A stretch of DNA of 64,000 nucleotides, taken from assembly GCA_964035545.1 (NCBI GenBank), contig OZ037766.1:10654722-10718721 (forward strand). Direction: 5' to 3'. Of this stretch, positions 1 through 14,100 are shown one piece after another; positions within the stretch are counted from its first letter, which is position 1, and the number at the start of each line of letters is the position of its first letter. The translations under genes and the position numbers were made by a program. The notes under the pieces are model-generated. The model was given only the letters and a program-made list of their open reading frames with translations, was not told where the DNA came from and ran no database searches. Origin of the DNA: Bugula neritina (Eukaryota > Animalia > Bryozoa).

Positions 1-3000
1 ATATAAACATGTAGACACAATAACCTGGTTATTATTATATATAATTTCAACACTCACCTTATCACAAGTAACTTGTTACAATATAATATTATACATGACT
101 TAGGTACACATTTCTCAATGTGCTGTCTGTGCCAATTATACAGGTGGAGTAGCTCATGTGAGAGTTAAGTAGCTATTGCACTGCACAGTCCCCTTAACAA
201 AAGATTCAATTATGACAAAGCATTGGCTAAGGTTAACAGTAACATATTGTCTATATGCACAACAACAATCAATGTTTTCTGCTATATCCTTTGAGTTCTG
301 TAATTGGGTGATGATTTGTGAAAGACTTGTGATATTTAATTGTTGTTTTAAATAACAGTAAAAACAAAAGTCATAATTTAAATAGCTTCCTGCTAAGCAT
401 TTTGCACCTGAAATAATCTAACTTATAAATTTTTTGCTTCAAAGGCGTTAGGAATTTGAAATGAAGCAGCCAGTGTAAATTCCTGCTGCTTACTGGTTAT
501 TGATTCATTCCGGCCAATAAGCAAAAGCTAGACAATGACTGCCTGAAAGAACAATTCCAACAGTGATATTCCGAATATGAGGCTGTCATGATGACACATT
601 ATCCTTTATTGTGTATTTTCTCTATTAATTATGCAAGCCAGGGTGTAACCATATAGTATTAAACTATTTACCCAATGATTATTGTATATTATTATGCAAT
701 AGTTCTATAGCACATATTATAAGCTAAAATGAGAATTTTTGTTAGCTATTGCATTCAATTGAATAGAAATTGAATTAAATTTTATAGAAAAGCATAAATT
801 TTTATTTGAGAGCAGCTAGCTCAACATTTTCTAAATGAATTTGAACTGTTAAAACTAAAAGTTCATTTTGTATGAAATGATAAGGCTCTTTTTAATAATG
901 TGAATGAATTTGTAAAAGACATGATCTTATAACTTATATAAAAGCTGTATTTTAATATTATGTGCCATTTTCAAAAGGTCATTAACATTTGCAGCAATAT
1001 TTGAAATATTTTATATCAATCAGGTAACAGTCTTTCCGAATCTGTATTGGGTAGATTAAATGTTTATGTTGGCCTCAGTTTACTTTGTTAAACAGGTATC
1101 CAAGTGGATAGATATAGTTTCATTATAATATGAAACACCACAAAGTAAAAGTATTTTGCCCATCGTAATAATATTATAGGCCTACTCGAGACTTAGTTTG
1201 TGATGTCGAATGAGAGATGAGACAACTCCATGGTTTATGCTCAGTATTTGCCCATAACTCCAAATCCATCATCCAAATATGATCTGCTTTTAACCTTCAA
1301 TCATTCTGGTTTAACTACTCCCTTCCGAGAACTGTCAGGCTACAATTTATTGTCAATATTTGCTGAAAATTAGATTTTCTACAACTTTAAGTCATTGCCC
1401 AGCTTGAAAATCGTGCTGAAAATACCTGCCTGAATTTACTTGACTGGGCCATTAAAACTGGAGACGCTATGTAACTTTTTATGAAAAAATGAGTTTTTAG
1501 TTTGCTCACTTTTTATACAAAGATGTGAAAAATACTAGCTCACTTGAAAACTTCTGCTTTGTGTTCATATATTTCAAGGCGTATAAGTATAGACGTATAG
1601 TGATACCATGAATTGGAAGATACTAATGGAAGCATCCTTTAACCTTTTATATAATCATGTCACATTATTACAAAAATATTGCACATTTTGCTTTCCCATA
1701 TTACGGAATACATTGTCTCATGCTTGTGCTAGACTATTTCTGTGAATCTCAAGCTTTACCTAATAGCTTTAAAGCTTTGATGCAATATTTTTTTTGTAAA
1801 TCACCAGTTGAAATACTTACATTTTTGAGATGCAATACACAACTGAGGAAAGACAACTCTAACCACACTTGCTTGTTATTATACAACTGTATCCCACCAC
1901 ACAGCATTCAACACGGTGTATTATATTACTCCATTTATTGCCAAGGTATTGATAAAACACTTTAAAAAGTATAATAGTAAATTTATTTCTCAATGCTTGC
2001 AAGGATTAACTTTAATTAAAATACTATCAACAGGTGTGGAGTAAGTGGTGAAATTGTTACATAACAATAACAATACACAAGTGTACACTATCCAGCTGGC
2101 CGCTATACTAGATACACATACACATCATTGTAGTTTGATCCCATAAGAAGTGCAATGTGTTTAATAGTTGTATAAGAAGTCAAACCTAAACAACACAATA
2201 TAATTATTACAACATAACAGAATAATTCACCACTTACACATTATCTCATAGCTCAAGCTTTAACTTAGTTACTATCCATTCTCCATCGGCTAATGGAACA
2301 CCTAATGGGGCAAAGCTAACCAACCATTCTCCTTGATTAGTTTCATGGTTGAACTACCCTGTCATAGATTGATGGGATTCATTTAGTTAGGTAAGTTGTA
2401 TTGGATTAGTCATTGGTATCTAGTAGCAGGCAGATGTTAAGAAGTTTATTGACAGGCTGAAGAGGTTTCAATCTGCTAAGAGATCGTGTAACATCACTGT
2501 GTGTCTTAAACACCATACTATTCGTATATTGAACGTGCAGTGGAAGATGGAGTTAGAGAAAAATGGCTTTTCTATATCTAGTGTAGACCTTCTCAAAGGT
2601 TCTGGCAGTAAAGGTGAGATCTGTTGCAGACTATCAAGCTCAGGTAGTGTAGAAGTCTCCTCAAACTAACTTGACATTTGTAACATAACTGTGTGCGTCT
2701 TAACCCCCTCCCCACCATTGAGCTAATGAGTGCAAGATTTAGGGTTCAGGTTGTCTTAATTTTAATGTGGGGTTGGAAAACTTGGTTTTATAAGCAGAAA
2801 AATTTTTATAAGTTAGAGTTGAGGATGATGTTCCCCAACCTATTTGCAATTATAGAGCTTTTATACTTATTCATGTTTTAACTTATAAAGGAGCTATCAA
2901 AACAAGTTGCTATGAAATTACACCAGTTTTGGTCATAGCTTATTACTTTATTACTTTATCGGAAGGCTATAACTCATAAGAAAGCAAAGTTTAATCTGGT

Positions 3001-6000
3001 ATTTTCTGTAATAAGTATAAGTTTAATTACTTCTAGCCAACTAACTTTAGTGATCAATAGCTTTATTATTGCGCCAGCTTTGTTAGCTTATAAGCAGAGT
3101 TACTGTTAGATAGTAGCAACATATTTGAGTTAGTATATAACACAATATCAATTTCCAAACATTTTAAACATGGGAAAATAGCATGCTCAAATTAGGAAAT
3201 AAAAATCATCCCTTACTATAATAATTTTAAGATGTCAAATGGTAACAATATGCCAGTATATTTAACACTTGTCATCAGTCATGGTAAATATTCTCGTAGT
3301 TTTGTCTCTACCATATTTATAGCTGTCTGAGCCAACCAACTTAACTCATTTTATTGTCAATGTGACCTTCTTGGTTTCTAGCAAGGAAGTGCCAATCTAA
3401 AAGTGGAAATACTTTACATTTTACAAGTTAATAGCTTGAAACTTGGGCAAATCACATCAGAAATAAAACGCATGTTGAAAATGCAACCATCTAACATTAA
3501 AAAGGCATGATTTTAATGAAATGAGAGTCAATTTAAATGAACAGCAGTTATTGGTAATAAAGCATTGAATTGCTCATCCAAGTCACAATGTTTTTTTTTA
3601 AAGAAAAAAGTCTCATTTTACTAAAAATCAAAATGTAGTAACTTATAGTTTTTTCTCTTTTTTACTTGGATTCTGGTTTATTTAAGCATAAAATTTGTCA
3701 CCAAACTGTTGGGTTTAAACCTACCACGGCAACTTATGCATGTGTTCTTTATTTATTACTTTAGTAAAAATAACACAGCCGCTCAAAAACAGCACATTAC
3801 ATGTAATCAATCTGTCCTTATTTCAGTTTCTCTGTTTCCCATAGAAAGAGCAGAAGCAAAACTGTCGTGCCAAAAATGTAACAGCTGGGAAAAATGTGAA
3901 CAATTGAGCACATTAGTCAGAATATTGACTTTAGTCAATCAGTTGTAAATATTTGATTATTGAAATACACTCATACTAGTTCAACTAAGCCAAAACTCTT
4001 ACAGAAAATACTAATGAGCATGGCTGAAGGTGAACTGTCAAACTATATCAACTTCTGAATACTTATTACCCACCATGACTCAGGCTTTTGTAGTTGGTTT
4101 TCAAATAATTGCAGGTTTTAGATAGATGCAGGAAATCCCATGGTGAGCAAGTCTTAATATTAAATAAATCAGAAGCACTAAACTGTCCACATATTATACA
4201 GATGAATGATTGTATTGTTCAGATGGAATGTTGGACACCAATTATATAAGTTTGGCAACTTTGAACTTCTAAAACTAGCTTTTTACTTGAGGCTGCTTAG
4301 AAGACAGTAAATGTTTAATGGGGAAGAATGTACAATATATGTGTAGAATATATACTGTCAAAGTTAGGCAACAAAAGGCATGCTATAATATATAACATAG
4401 TTCACAGTAACGGATTAACATTTCCATGGTTGCCAAGTAACTATTGGAAATTCACATTAAATTAGCAAATGGCTAAATGTTGCATTACGCATATTGCTTA
4501 CAAGTTGCAAGAAATTGTAGCAAAAATAGTTTAAAAGCCACAAACCATTTCTAATCAAACTTCATAATATAAAAGTATGCTAACCACTGCAGCTATTAGG
4601 CCTAACATCTAGGTGTTGTAGTTTTCTAGAATATTTAGTGTAGTAAGGATTAAAGTTGGATTGAAAAAGAGGCACAGAATGGGTGTGACTCATATTACTA
4701 ACAATGCTAAATTTTCCATTAATCAGTTCAACTTCGGCCTGTCAGATTTGTATTACAATAATTACTTGGAGGAAACTGTTTTAACTTTTCTGTTGATTGC
4801 CTAATGCTGGCTCTCTACTAGTTGATAGTAAGAGTAAGTAGGAGCACTTTATATGCCTATCTGCCGCTTCGCTTGTAATTTGTAAAAGAGGACATTTTAA
4901 TGTAATGAGAACTTATGACTAGAGAAGATGTGTCTCCTTCTCAAGTGTATAAATATTACACCAGGTTAGCTCCCAAAACAGTTGACTAGCAAACCTAAAA
5001 TTGCTGTCAATGTTTGTTGTTATGTCCACAGCATGGTGTGAACAGCTACCATTGGATAAACAATAATATTTGTTTACTATCTAAATATAGCAGACTATTT
5101 TTAGACTTATTGTTCATTTCTTGCTTCATAAACTTTTATTTCACCAAATCATAACTATTGTATTATTTGGGTTCATTCATTTCATGCATACGTTGCATGC
5201 ACTTCATATTACCCGAGAGGGTTTGCTTGTATGACTAATACAATGTTCTGTGGGCTGTAGTCTTTTGTAAACAGTGCTTGTTCAAACATAGTGTTTATTT
5301 CGTGCTCAGGCATTGTGTGTGACCCAACACGAATGAAACTAATAGTGTGGGACAGCTCAACTGTAAGTAGAACTGAATAATATCGATAAATTTGTAGTAG
5401 TTTATTGGAAAGTTCTAAAATTACTATGAGATTACAGTTAGATATAACTGATTTCTATTCTCTACCTTGCTTTACCTTGTTAGTAGTTAGCCGGCTGAGA
5501 CATAGTGTAGAGTGAAAGTGTATAGACTTTACTTCTACTTTTATTACCTGGCTTTAAAATTGAATAATTGAAACTGGCATAACTTATAAAGTTTTTCTAT
5601 GCTCAAACATTTCTATAAATTGTTCTTATTAGACACTTTTAGCGCAAAAATATATTCATATTAATATATTATCATTTCAACTTCTAAAATAGCTGTATAC
5701 TTGCTAGAATTGTTAGGGAAAGTTTAATACTCATACTGATAATGGAGCACATTTAGTTTTACCTGCACTTCTCAATATGATTAGTGATTAGTGACTAGTA
5801 GCAATATGCCGGAGGTGGTAAATATTTCTAGTTATTGCTTCCTTCATGTTTTATTTATTAATCGTGTTAATTGGCAACCAATCTCAGTGCTAAGATACTA
5901 TTCTTCAACTTATAACTTACAGTTTCATAGTTTTATTTTAACTAGCTGGTGATTTGGACTATTAAAACTAGCTATAAACATTTCATCTTCAAACCAAAGA

Positions 6001-8150
6001 CTAAGTTTGAGTTTCTTTAAAAACCTTTAAAAAACTAGTATTTCAATTTTAATATAACACAGTACTGATAATGTTAATATACAATGTAGACTGGTAATAA
6101 AATTGAACATATTATTGAAATCATAATAATTCACCGAGAGTTGTACACCATTCATGGTTTGACCTTTAGGTTAAATCAGTTGAGGTAAAGACAGCTGCAA
6201 AATCTTGAGGGGTAGCAACATGCATACTGACAGAGTCACATGAACTAAGAGGTCCAAAAATTTGGTAACTGACTAACTGAAATCAGAAACATTAATTGTT
6301 GATATGACTGTCTCTGATGCGGAAAGAGGCAAACAAAATAGAGAGGTTACAAGATCTGGTAGCAGAATAGATTCAGATGTGGGACAATTGACAGTGTAGT
6401 GATAGAAGCTATTAGGACCAAACATAGTAAGAATTGATGTGAGAAGTTACGCACTAATTTAACCCTAACAGGATTACCTGTCTATTCCAGTCTAGTGAAA
6501 TCATTTGATTGCAGGAAACTACACTAATTCAACTCTGTGACATAACCAATAATAATAAAGGTTATACAAGCTAGTATAAGTTGTAACGTAATGCTATTAT
6601 AGCTACTAAACTTTGCAAATTTTCTCATAACTATGCTTTAGTAGCATAAGTATTATTATTAATAGTCATAGTCTTTTAATTTCAATCACTTCATCATCAT
6701 GATGTAATACAATTTACTCTTGACTAATACATTGCATACTTTTACTTCACAGTTCGTACTTAACTTACTGCTATTGTAGCCAATACACCTGGGAACAGTC
6801 GTTGAGCTGGTTACAGTTTACTATGCACATCACTTATCACTATATTTGACGGTTTAACTGTTGTAACAAACAACTTCAATAGCTTAAGCTTTTTTAACTG
6901 TTGGTTTAGAGCATTAAATGTAATCTTCATGAGAACATAACTTCTTTTTCAATATTTATATTTTTTCTTAGCTTTCAGGGTTTTGTGTTTCTTCACTAGG
7001 CTTTTATAATATGGCCTACATACCTATACGGTATCTGATTCTACAAATACTTCTTTTATTTTATGAATGCATGTCATTCCAACTCTTTAACTCTACAATA
7101 TTTACTATCTCTGTTTATGATATGTTATAAACATATTCTAATAGTAATATAACTTGATGATAGCTTATCTACTATACTCTAGACTCTAGAGTCAAAGTCA
7201 TGTAGTATATTATTTGGTTATTGGGCAATGGATAATTATTATCTTGCACTCTTGGGGGAAATATTAGTCATTAGTATTGCTATGAAGGAGGAACTCCTAT
7301 CACCATTACTGCATTCATCCTCAAAGGGATCTTCCAGCTGGGGGCTGTTAGACTCTGCTAATATTTCTAAGGACAAGAGGATGTCTCTAAGCAATCAAGG
7401 ACTAAAACGGTTGCAGCAATGACTGAATGAGTCATTAACAATCAACTGCCATCTGTGGTGGCTGTATCGTAGCAATAATTACCTTCATTCACCTGTCAAA
7501 TGGTGTCAAAATACCTGTCTAATAATGACTCACTTGTCTGGCTATCAGGCTATTCATAATTAGTACAAATACCTATCTAATCAGTTTAGAGACTTTAGAC
7601 TTTACTGAATGTTTATATGAATACTAATCGGTCTGTTGCAATTAAATTAGTGCAAAAGTTTATATTAGAGCCATTGTAGTTTTCACTCTTCTTCTTGGTT
7701 ATTCCAAAAGAATGAAACCGTAGTATACCTTTAAAAATTTAATTTCAGCTTTTTGATTTTGGAGACATGGTTGAAAAAAGGGTTGCTGTGTGTATGGAGT
7801 GTTGTAATGTTTTTGAGGTTTTGTAATTAATTGTAATAATTGTTTAACTTCAATAAGGAAAATTGTAAGCACATACCTTATTTATTTCATAAATGTTATT
7901 TGCTTAATTAAAGTTGAAATAATTGAAGCTGCTCCTGTAATAATTTGCACCAATTAATAGCAGCATCAATCTTCTTGCCTATTTAAGTTTTAATTGACGT
8001 CCTTAATATTTATACAACTTATACAAACCTACATCTTCTACGTATGTTATTAATTATTTTGCAATTAGAATAATTTACTTCGTGTTGTACATGTTTTTTT
8101 CCTGAATTATTTTAGAGAAGTTTTGGCAAAGTAAATCCCAACCCAATGGA

Positions 8151-11100
8151 ATGGGCAAGAATACTGCTGCCGCTATACACCAAGTAGGGGAGGAGTTATT
8201 TGAAACACCAGTGGATGATCAAAGTGACAAGCTCAGCAATAGCATTTCAACATCTGACACATTCGCTAGTGAAATCCTACGACATCCAATGCTATACGAG
8301 AAATGGAATTTCAGAACTGCTAACCAACTTGACATGAATGAAAAGTTAGAAGAAGCTCCAAGGATGAGTCACTCTTCATCAAACAGCTGCACAAGTAGTG
8401 AGATTAGTGACACCATGCAGGAGTTATCATTTCATTGTGAAAATGCCAATACTAATCAAGAACAAAAGATCAACAAGAAAAATAATACACATCTATTGAA
8501 ACCAGTTTTCACTAAAAACCCACGGCCTAATAGCTTAGCAATATTAAGTAGATCACATGACTTTATTCACACACTGAGCATAGAAGGCGACTGCAACGAG
8601 GAAGTAAGTAATGCAGTGTCACACAGCTACCGTGATAAGGGAGAAGCAGTGAGTATTGGGTACCGAGCAGTCTCAGCTGACACACTGCTCCAACAGCCGT
8701 CTTCCACATCAGCAACAGTTGGTCTTCAAAGGAGGCGTAACCAGCGACCTACTAGCCTACAGATACCGAGTTTATTACAAGTACCCCTCTCGGCAGCACC
8801 ATATGTAAATAGCGGCACACAGTGTTTGTCTTCCAGGTAGGTTATATAATACTAATAGTATATACATCTTTCAGGTAAATTATGCAGTTGTTTCTAGGTA
8901 GGTTATGCAGTGTGTTTTAGAGGTAGGATATGCAGTGGTTAAAGAGCAAGCTGTGTTTTGACAAGTAAATAGACAGGAAAAACAGCAAATAATAAAGCAA
9001 TAGCTTCTAGGAGCAAAAAGTTGGCTTTTGGTAAATCTAAATTTTAGAAAACAAAATGTATTTGCACACAAGGGTGAAAGTGGCAAGTAAAGCAGAATTA
9101 TATTTTGTGAAATGCCAACTTCGAAAGGTCTCTTAAATCAGTCCTGCCAAAATGTCATTTCATCATCATGAGGTGCTATAAGAGAGACTATGGAAGATCA
9201 AATAAAAAACTCACATTTGTTTAAAGTCCCTATCATTGTGAGAACCCCTGGTTACAAGGGTAGTTAAGCGGGCTTAGGAGTGTGCCCCTCACCATGTTGG
9301 CAACATGGTTTGAGGGCTTCGGCCAATTACCTAAACCCAAACCCCTGATCTGTGTCATACTACGCTTGTGCTCTAAGTACTTGCTGCATTCATCCGCTCA
9401 GAAGGATCAGATAATGATCATAATGTGTGTATTATGGAATGGGAGGTGTTAGTCTTATCAGTTATTTCTATAACAAACAGCCAGCAGCCAAATTTGGGGT
9501 TCAACTTGTAGTACCGAAGGTTTGTGATTAATTCAATAAGTCTATAAGATCACTAAAGCTGAATTTAGGTGTGCAATAGCAGAAAAATTTCAGTAGCTTA
9601 GGTTCTTTAGGTTTATTGATGAATTTTGGTTTGGGACATAAGTTAAAACTTCCATGGGAACCTAATATCTTCTGCTACATTTTTACCTAGAACTCAAAGC
9701 TAATAGTTAGATGTGATAATAAAGCTTATACTTACTTATTGAACTATATAATTGAACATTGCTATTGTATGATTGCATATGAAGCATGACATCTTTCAGT
9801 TGGTTCTAACAGTATATAGCTCTAGAGAGGGTTGTTTCTACTCCAGTACCCTAATATCAATTACAGATATGCAATTACTTATTGGGAATTTTGAAAAGTT
9901 CCTGGTTTTTTAAGAGTCATAAAGTTGTAGTATTTTTAACCATAAGCCTAACATAGCCTGCTGGGTAACAAAAGGGGTTGAGAGCTACACCCAAATACTT
10001 GGTTTACTTAGCTTTACCTTACCTTACATAAACACTTCTATACTGGATGGTCTCCACTTATCAATGAGTCTTTTGTGTTAGCATAAAGGCTTTGTTCCTC
10101 TCATTGAGCTGTTTTATGTAGGAGTAGTATGTGCTGTGTAGGCATATTACGTAGTTCACATTGTGTGTAGGGAGTATAATTTTAGTAATAGTATATTTAA
10201 TGTATTGTGGTTTAGGGGTACAGTATGTAATACAATGTTGTAAATAACTATAGTAGTAATATATTCAATGTATTGTGGTAAAGGGGTACAATATGTAATA
10301 CAATGTTGTAGGGGACCTCCCACCAGACAGAGAAGTTACAGCATGCCAGGAAATACTCTTACGGAGATGAGTAGTGCTGTGAGCACAGAGTCAATCTCCC
10401 CTCAGTCTCACTCCTTAGATGAAGCTCTGTATTTGTTAAACAAGAAGAAACTAAACAGAAAGGACATAGATGAGCAGTCCTTGCTGCACAGAGCTGTTGA
10501 TGCTGGTATGCTTTGTGTGTAGAGTGTAGATAACTTTTATTCTGTCTACACTAAGTAAACACAACTCTTACATCATATTATAACACATATGGCTTTATTT
10601 CACTCCTACAAACCCAGCTTGCATCGTGACCTTCACATTGAAGTTGGTATATTCTGTATGTTATGAGGGCTGCCCATTATTTATTTTGGCATTTAAATCT
10701 GACTAATGTAGTTTATAGATTTAACCTGCCAGGAAATTGAGGCTTTTAGGGCAACTATAGGCTGTAGCAGATGCTAATGTGCCTATTAACGTACTAACTA
10801 AATTATATCTCTCTTATACTATAGACAGTAGAGTTTGTTATCTAGATCTCAGTGGATTTGTAGATCTGAAACTTGCTTATCAGCAACACTTATACCATGA
10901 TATAATAGTGAAACCATAACTCTTTTAATGCAAACTGGGAAAAATGTTTTACTATATTCTTTACTAACATTCAAAATCTTAGTCTATACCCGCAATCACA
11001 AGCTTTGAGCACAAAAATAAAATGCACACTTTAGTGTATACAAATTCAGTGGTTGACTTCCAATGTTGTGGCCACTAGTAGTGGAATAGTAGCAGCAGCT

Positions 11101-14100
11101 ACTGTGTCAATATAGTAACACAGTTAATGAGCACAATTTTAGTACACAGCTAATTAGGTTTCCACTAACACTCACCTGATGGTTGCAATTACTCCACTAC
11201 AAAGTACAAACACTGTTCCAAGAGTTTTAACTTTTACCTGAACCTTAAGCAGCACTGTGTTGACTTTGAAAAATGCTAAAAAAGCCTTTTTGCGGGCTAT
11301 TACTAATTCTTAGAAGAATTAAAGGGTACAAATTTGTGTAAGCCAACACACTAGTGCTTTGGGTGAGCTATATATTGGCAGGAGGCATGATTTTAGATTA
11401 AATTTTGTTAAACTTACATGAATAATTATTATTTTATAAAATAATTTCTAATAAGAAAAATAACTGCTATGGGACCTATAAAACTGTGTGCTGCTTTTAC
11501 TATGTGAAACATAACCAGTTTGGTAGTAGTTAAATGCAGTACTGCAGCTAATACTAAAATGTTACAAGCAGCCTCCGGAGCTTTGTCTAAATGTTATTTG
11601 TCATATATAGAAAGTTTCCTTTATGTAAATATCTCATAAAATGCACACACTGTAGGCAAAAACGTCCAAAATAAGTGTTTGAGAAAAAATTTGTTACATG
11701 CAGTGCTGGTATCAAGAAGTTTTACATTTCCCGTAAAACACAAGTGAGCTTTCTAGATGAGCTGAGTTTTCATTGAGAAAACAATGTTTTGTGTTAAGCA
11801 TGTTAAATGCTAAATCATATGTTTGAGAATTTCACTGTAAAATCATTCAATTTTGTTGCACAATAATTTAAACAAAAAGGACTTGCTCTGTTGTGTTGTA
11901 AAGTACTGCAGAAACTAATTTGGCAGGTTTTATTGATTAGAGAAATACTTATGACCTTAGTGAAGGATAACATACTAGACTTGCCTTATCCTAGTCACTA
12001 GTGGGTTTCAAGTATATTAGATAAAATTCCTGCTTTTAACAATATTCACTTCTTGTGTGATATTGGGTTTACACCTTCCTATATATTCTTGCATGCTAGC
12101 TGTACTAATCACAATGCAAGATAAAAACTTATTGAAGTTTTGTCATATACTGATATATAGAAATAGATAAGATACAAATATTACTATATAAAATATATAT
12201 CTATAAACTATTGTAGTAAGATAATTATTTGCAATGTTGTAATGTTTTTTAAGTACATACCAACTCAGTTTTTTAAAGGAAACACAATATGTTTGAAATG
12301 CTTATATGATATCTTATGAATGCACGATTTAAACCCGCAAAACTCAATTCAATAACTGGTTTAAACTGTGTCTTTTTTTACAAAGCCTGCTTTTAATGGC
12401 AGCTTTTAAAATTTGTCAAATTTTAGAACGGTTAATTGACATTAATTACACCTGAAAGCAAATCCTTTTTTAAATAATTATTGGTAACTGTTCACTTGTT
12501 TCTACAATCTCAATTGAAGTAAAATGCACCCAAAAAGCAAAAAAATTAGCGAGTAGAAACTTTATTGATGTTTAAATCATGCAGACCAAACCTGCTGTAA
12601 ATATGTGAGTAAAATATACTTCTATACTACAGATTGGTAGCAACACGTCACCATTTTGTAGGTCACGTTAAGCTGGTGAAGAAGTGCATACAGTCAGGCT
12701 GTACAGTGATGAAGAGATTAGACAGTTTAGTTGGCTCGTCAGCATTACACTGCGCTGCCAGAGCTGATCAGAATTCCGCCCAGATAACCAAGCTTCTTCT
12801 GGAGACAGGTAGGGGGGTCAATTTACACAGCCCATACTTCACATGTGCTGAAATATTATACTAAATAACATGGCTATTTTTGAGTGCAGCTTGCATAGTA
12901 TCTAGTGCATTCTTTTGTTACAGAATCATATATACCTCTAAAAATTACCTCTAAATTACAGCAAAAAAGGAGTAGCTCCAATATTATCACCCATCTATGT
13001 GTTCCATTCCATCCTGATGTGCAGAAGATATAAAAATGTGCAATTAATTTGAATTGACGAGGGAAGACTATTGCTAACTTTTACATCAAAGAGTTGATCG
13101 AAGCTATAAATAATAGAGTTTTCAGCTGTAAATGATTTATAATGAGACTAAAGTCACATGTCGCCTTTATAAAAAGAAAGTGATATTTAAATCAAGTGCT
13201 TACTAAAAATTTATTCTTTTTAGTTATGATTTTCTATATATAGAACTATAAAATTTTGAAATATACTACCATTGTGATTTGGTATTTGGAGTGCTATAAA
13301 CCAACAAGTCTTTCAAGCTGTCTACTATTATAATGCCTTTTTAATCACAGCAACATATAAATGTTTTATGCTTCATTTATGCTGCACAAGTGTAGGTTTA
13401 TAAGATGGCAATTTTTCATCGAAGTACACCGAGTGAATTATTGTTATTTTAAAGCCAACTTAATGTAACATTTTAATTTGAATGATGTAAAAATTAAAAT
13501 ATAACAAGTAATTATATAATATAGATTAATAACTAAATACTAGTATTGACTAATTTATTAATTGCCGTGAAAAATGTCAGAGTTGTTGAAAATTATTGAA
13601 AATGCTTTGAAAAAGGCCATAGATATTAGAATGAATTTTAAATGTTGATAACCAATTGCTTGTAAGAGTATAGTTTGGTATGCAGAGACTTAGTATAATA
13701 TATTACCTGAGCATCATATACATATGATTGTTGCTGGGGTTCTTTAGGTATTGATCCTAATACCACGAATGACTTGGGAGAGACTGCTATCTTCTCAGCC
13801 ATCATCCATAAGAATATGGAAACAGTGACGATATTAATAGACCACGGCTGTGATATAAACTCCGTATGGCAGAACAGCACCCCTATCTATCTCATGCTCT
13901 ATAATAAAAACCCCCACGTGGTAACCAGAGCTATAGAAAGTGGTGCTGCCATCACACAAGTTCCGGGTAAGTCTATAAGTCTGTTTTGTTTAGAGAATCT
14001 TTTTATTCTTGTAGGTTGAAATTGTTATTTTAATAAAATACTGATATTAGCTCATGCGCTGTCTATTGACTACCAGATTTTCAGACAAAACACTACCATC

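Noticed and set aside
1657-3948. ORFs 1657-1965, 2693-2881 and 3709-3948
   Set aside because: Composition typical of random AT-rich ORFs; no recognisable domains or exon chain.
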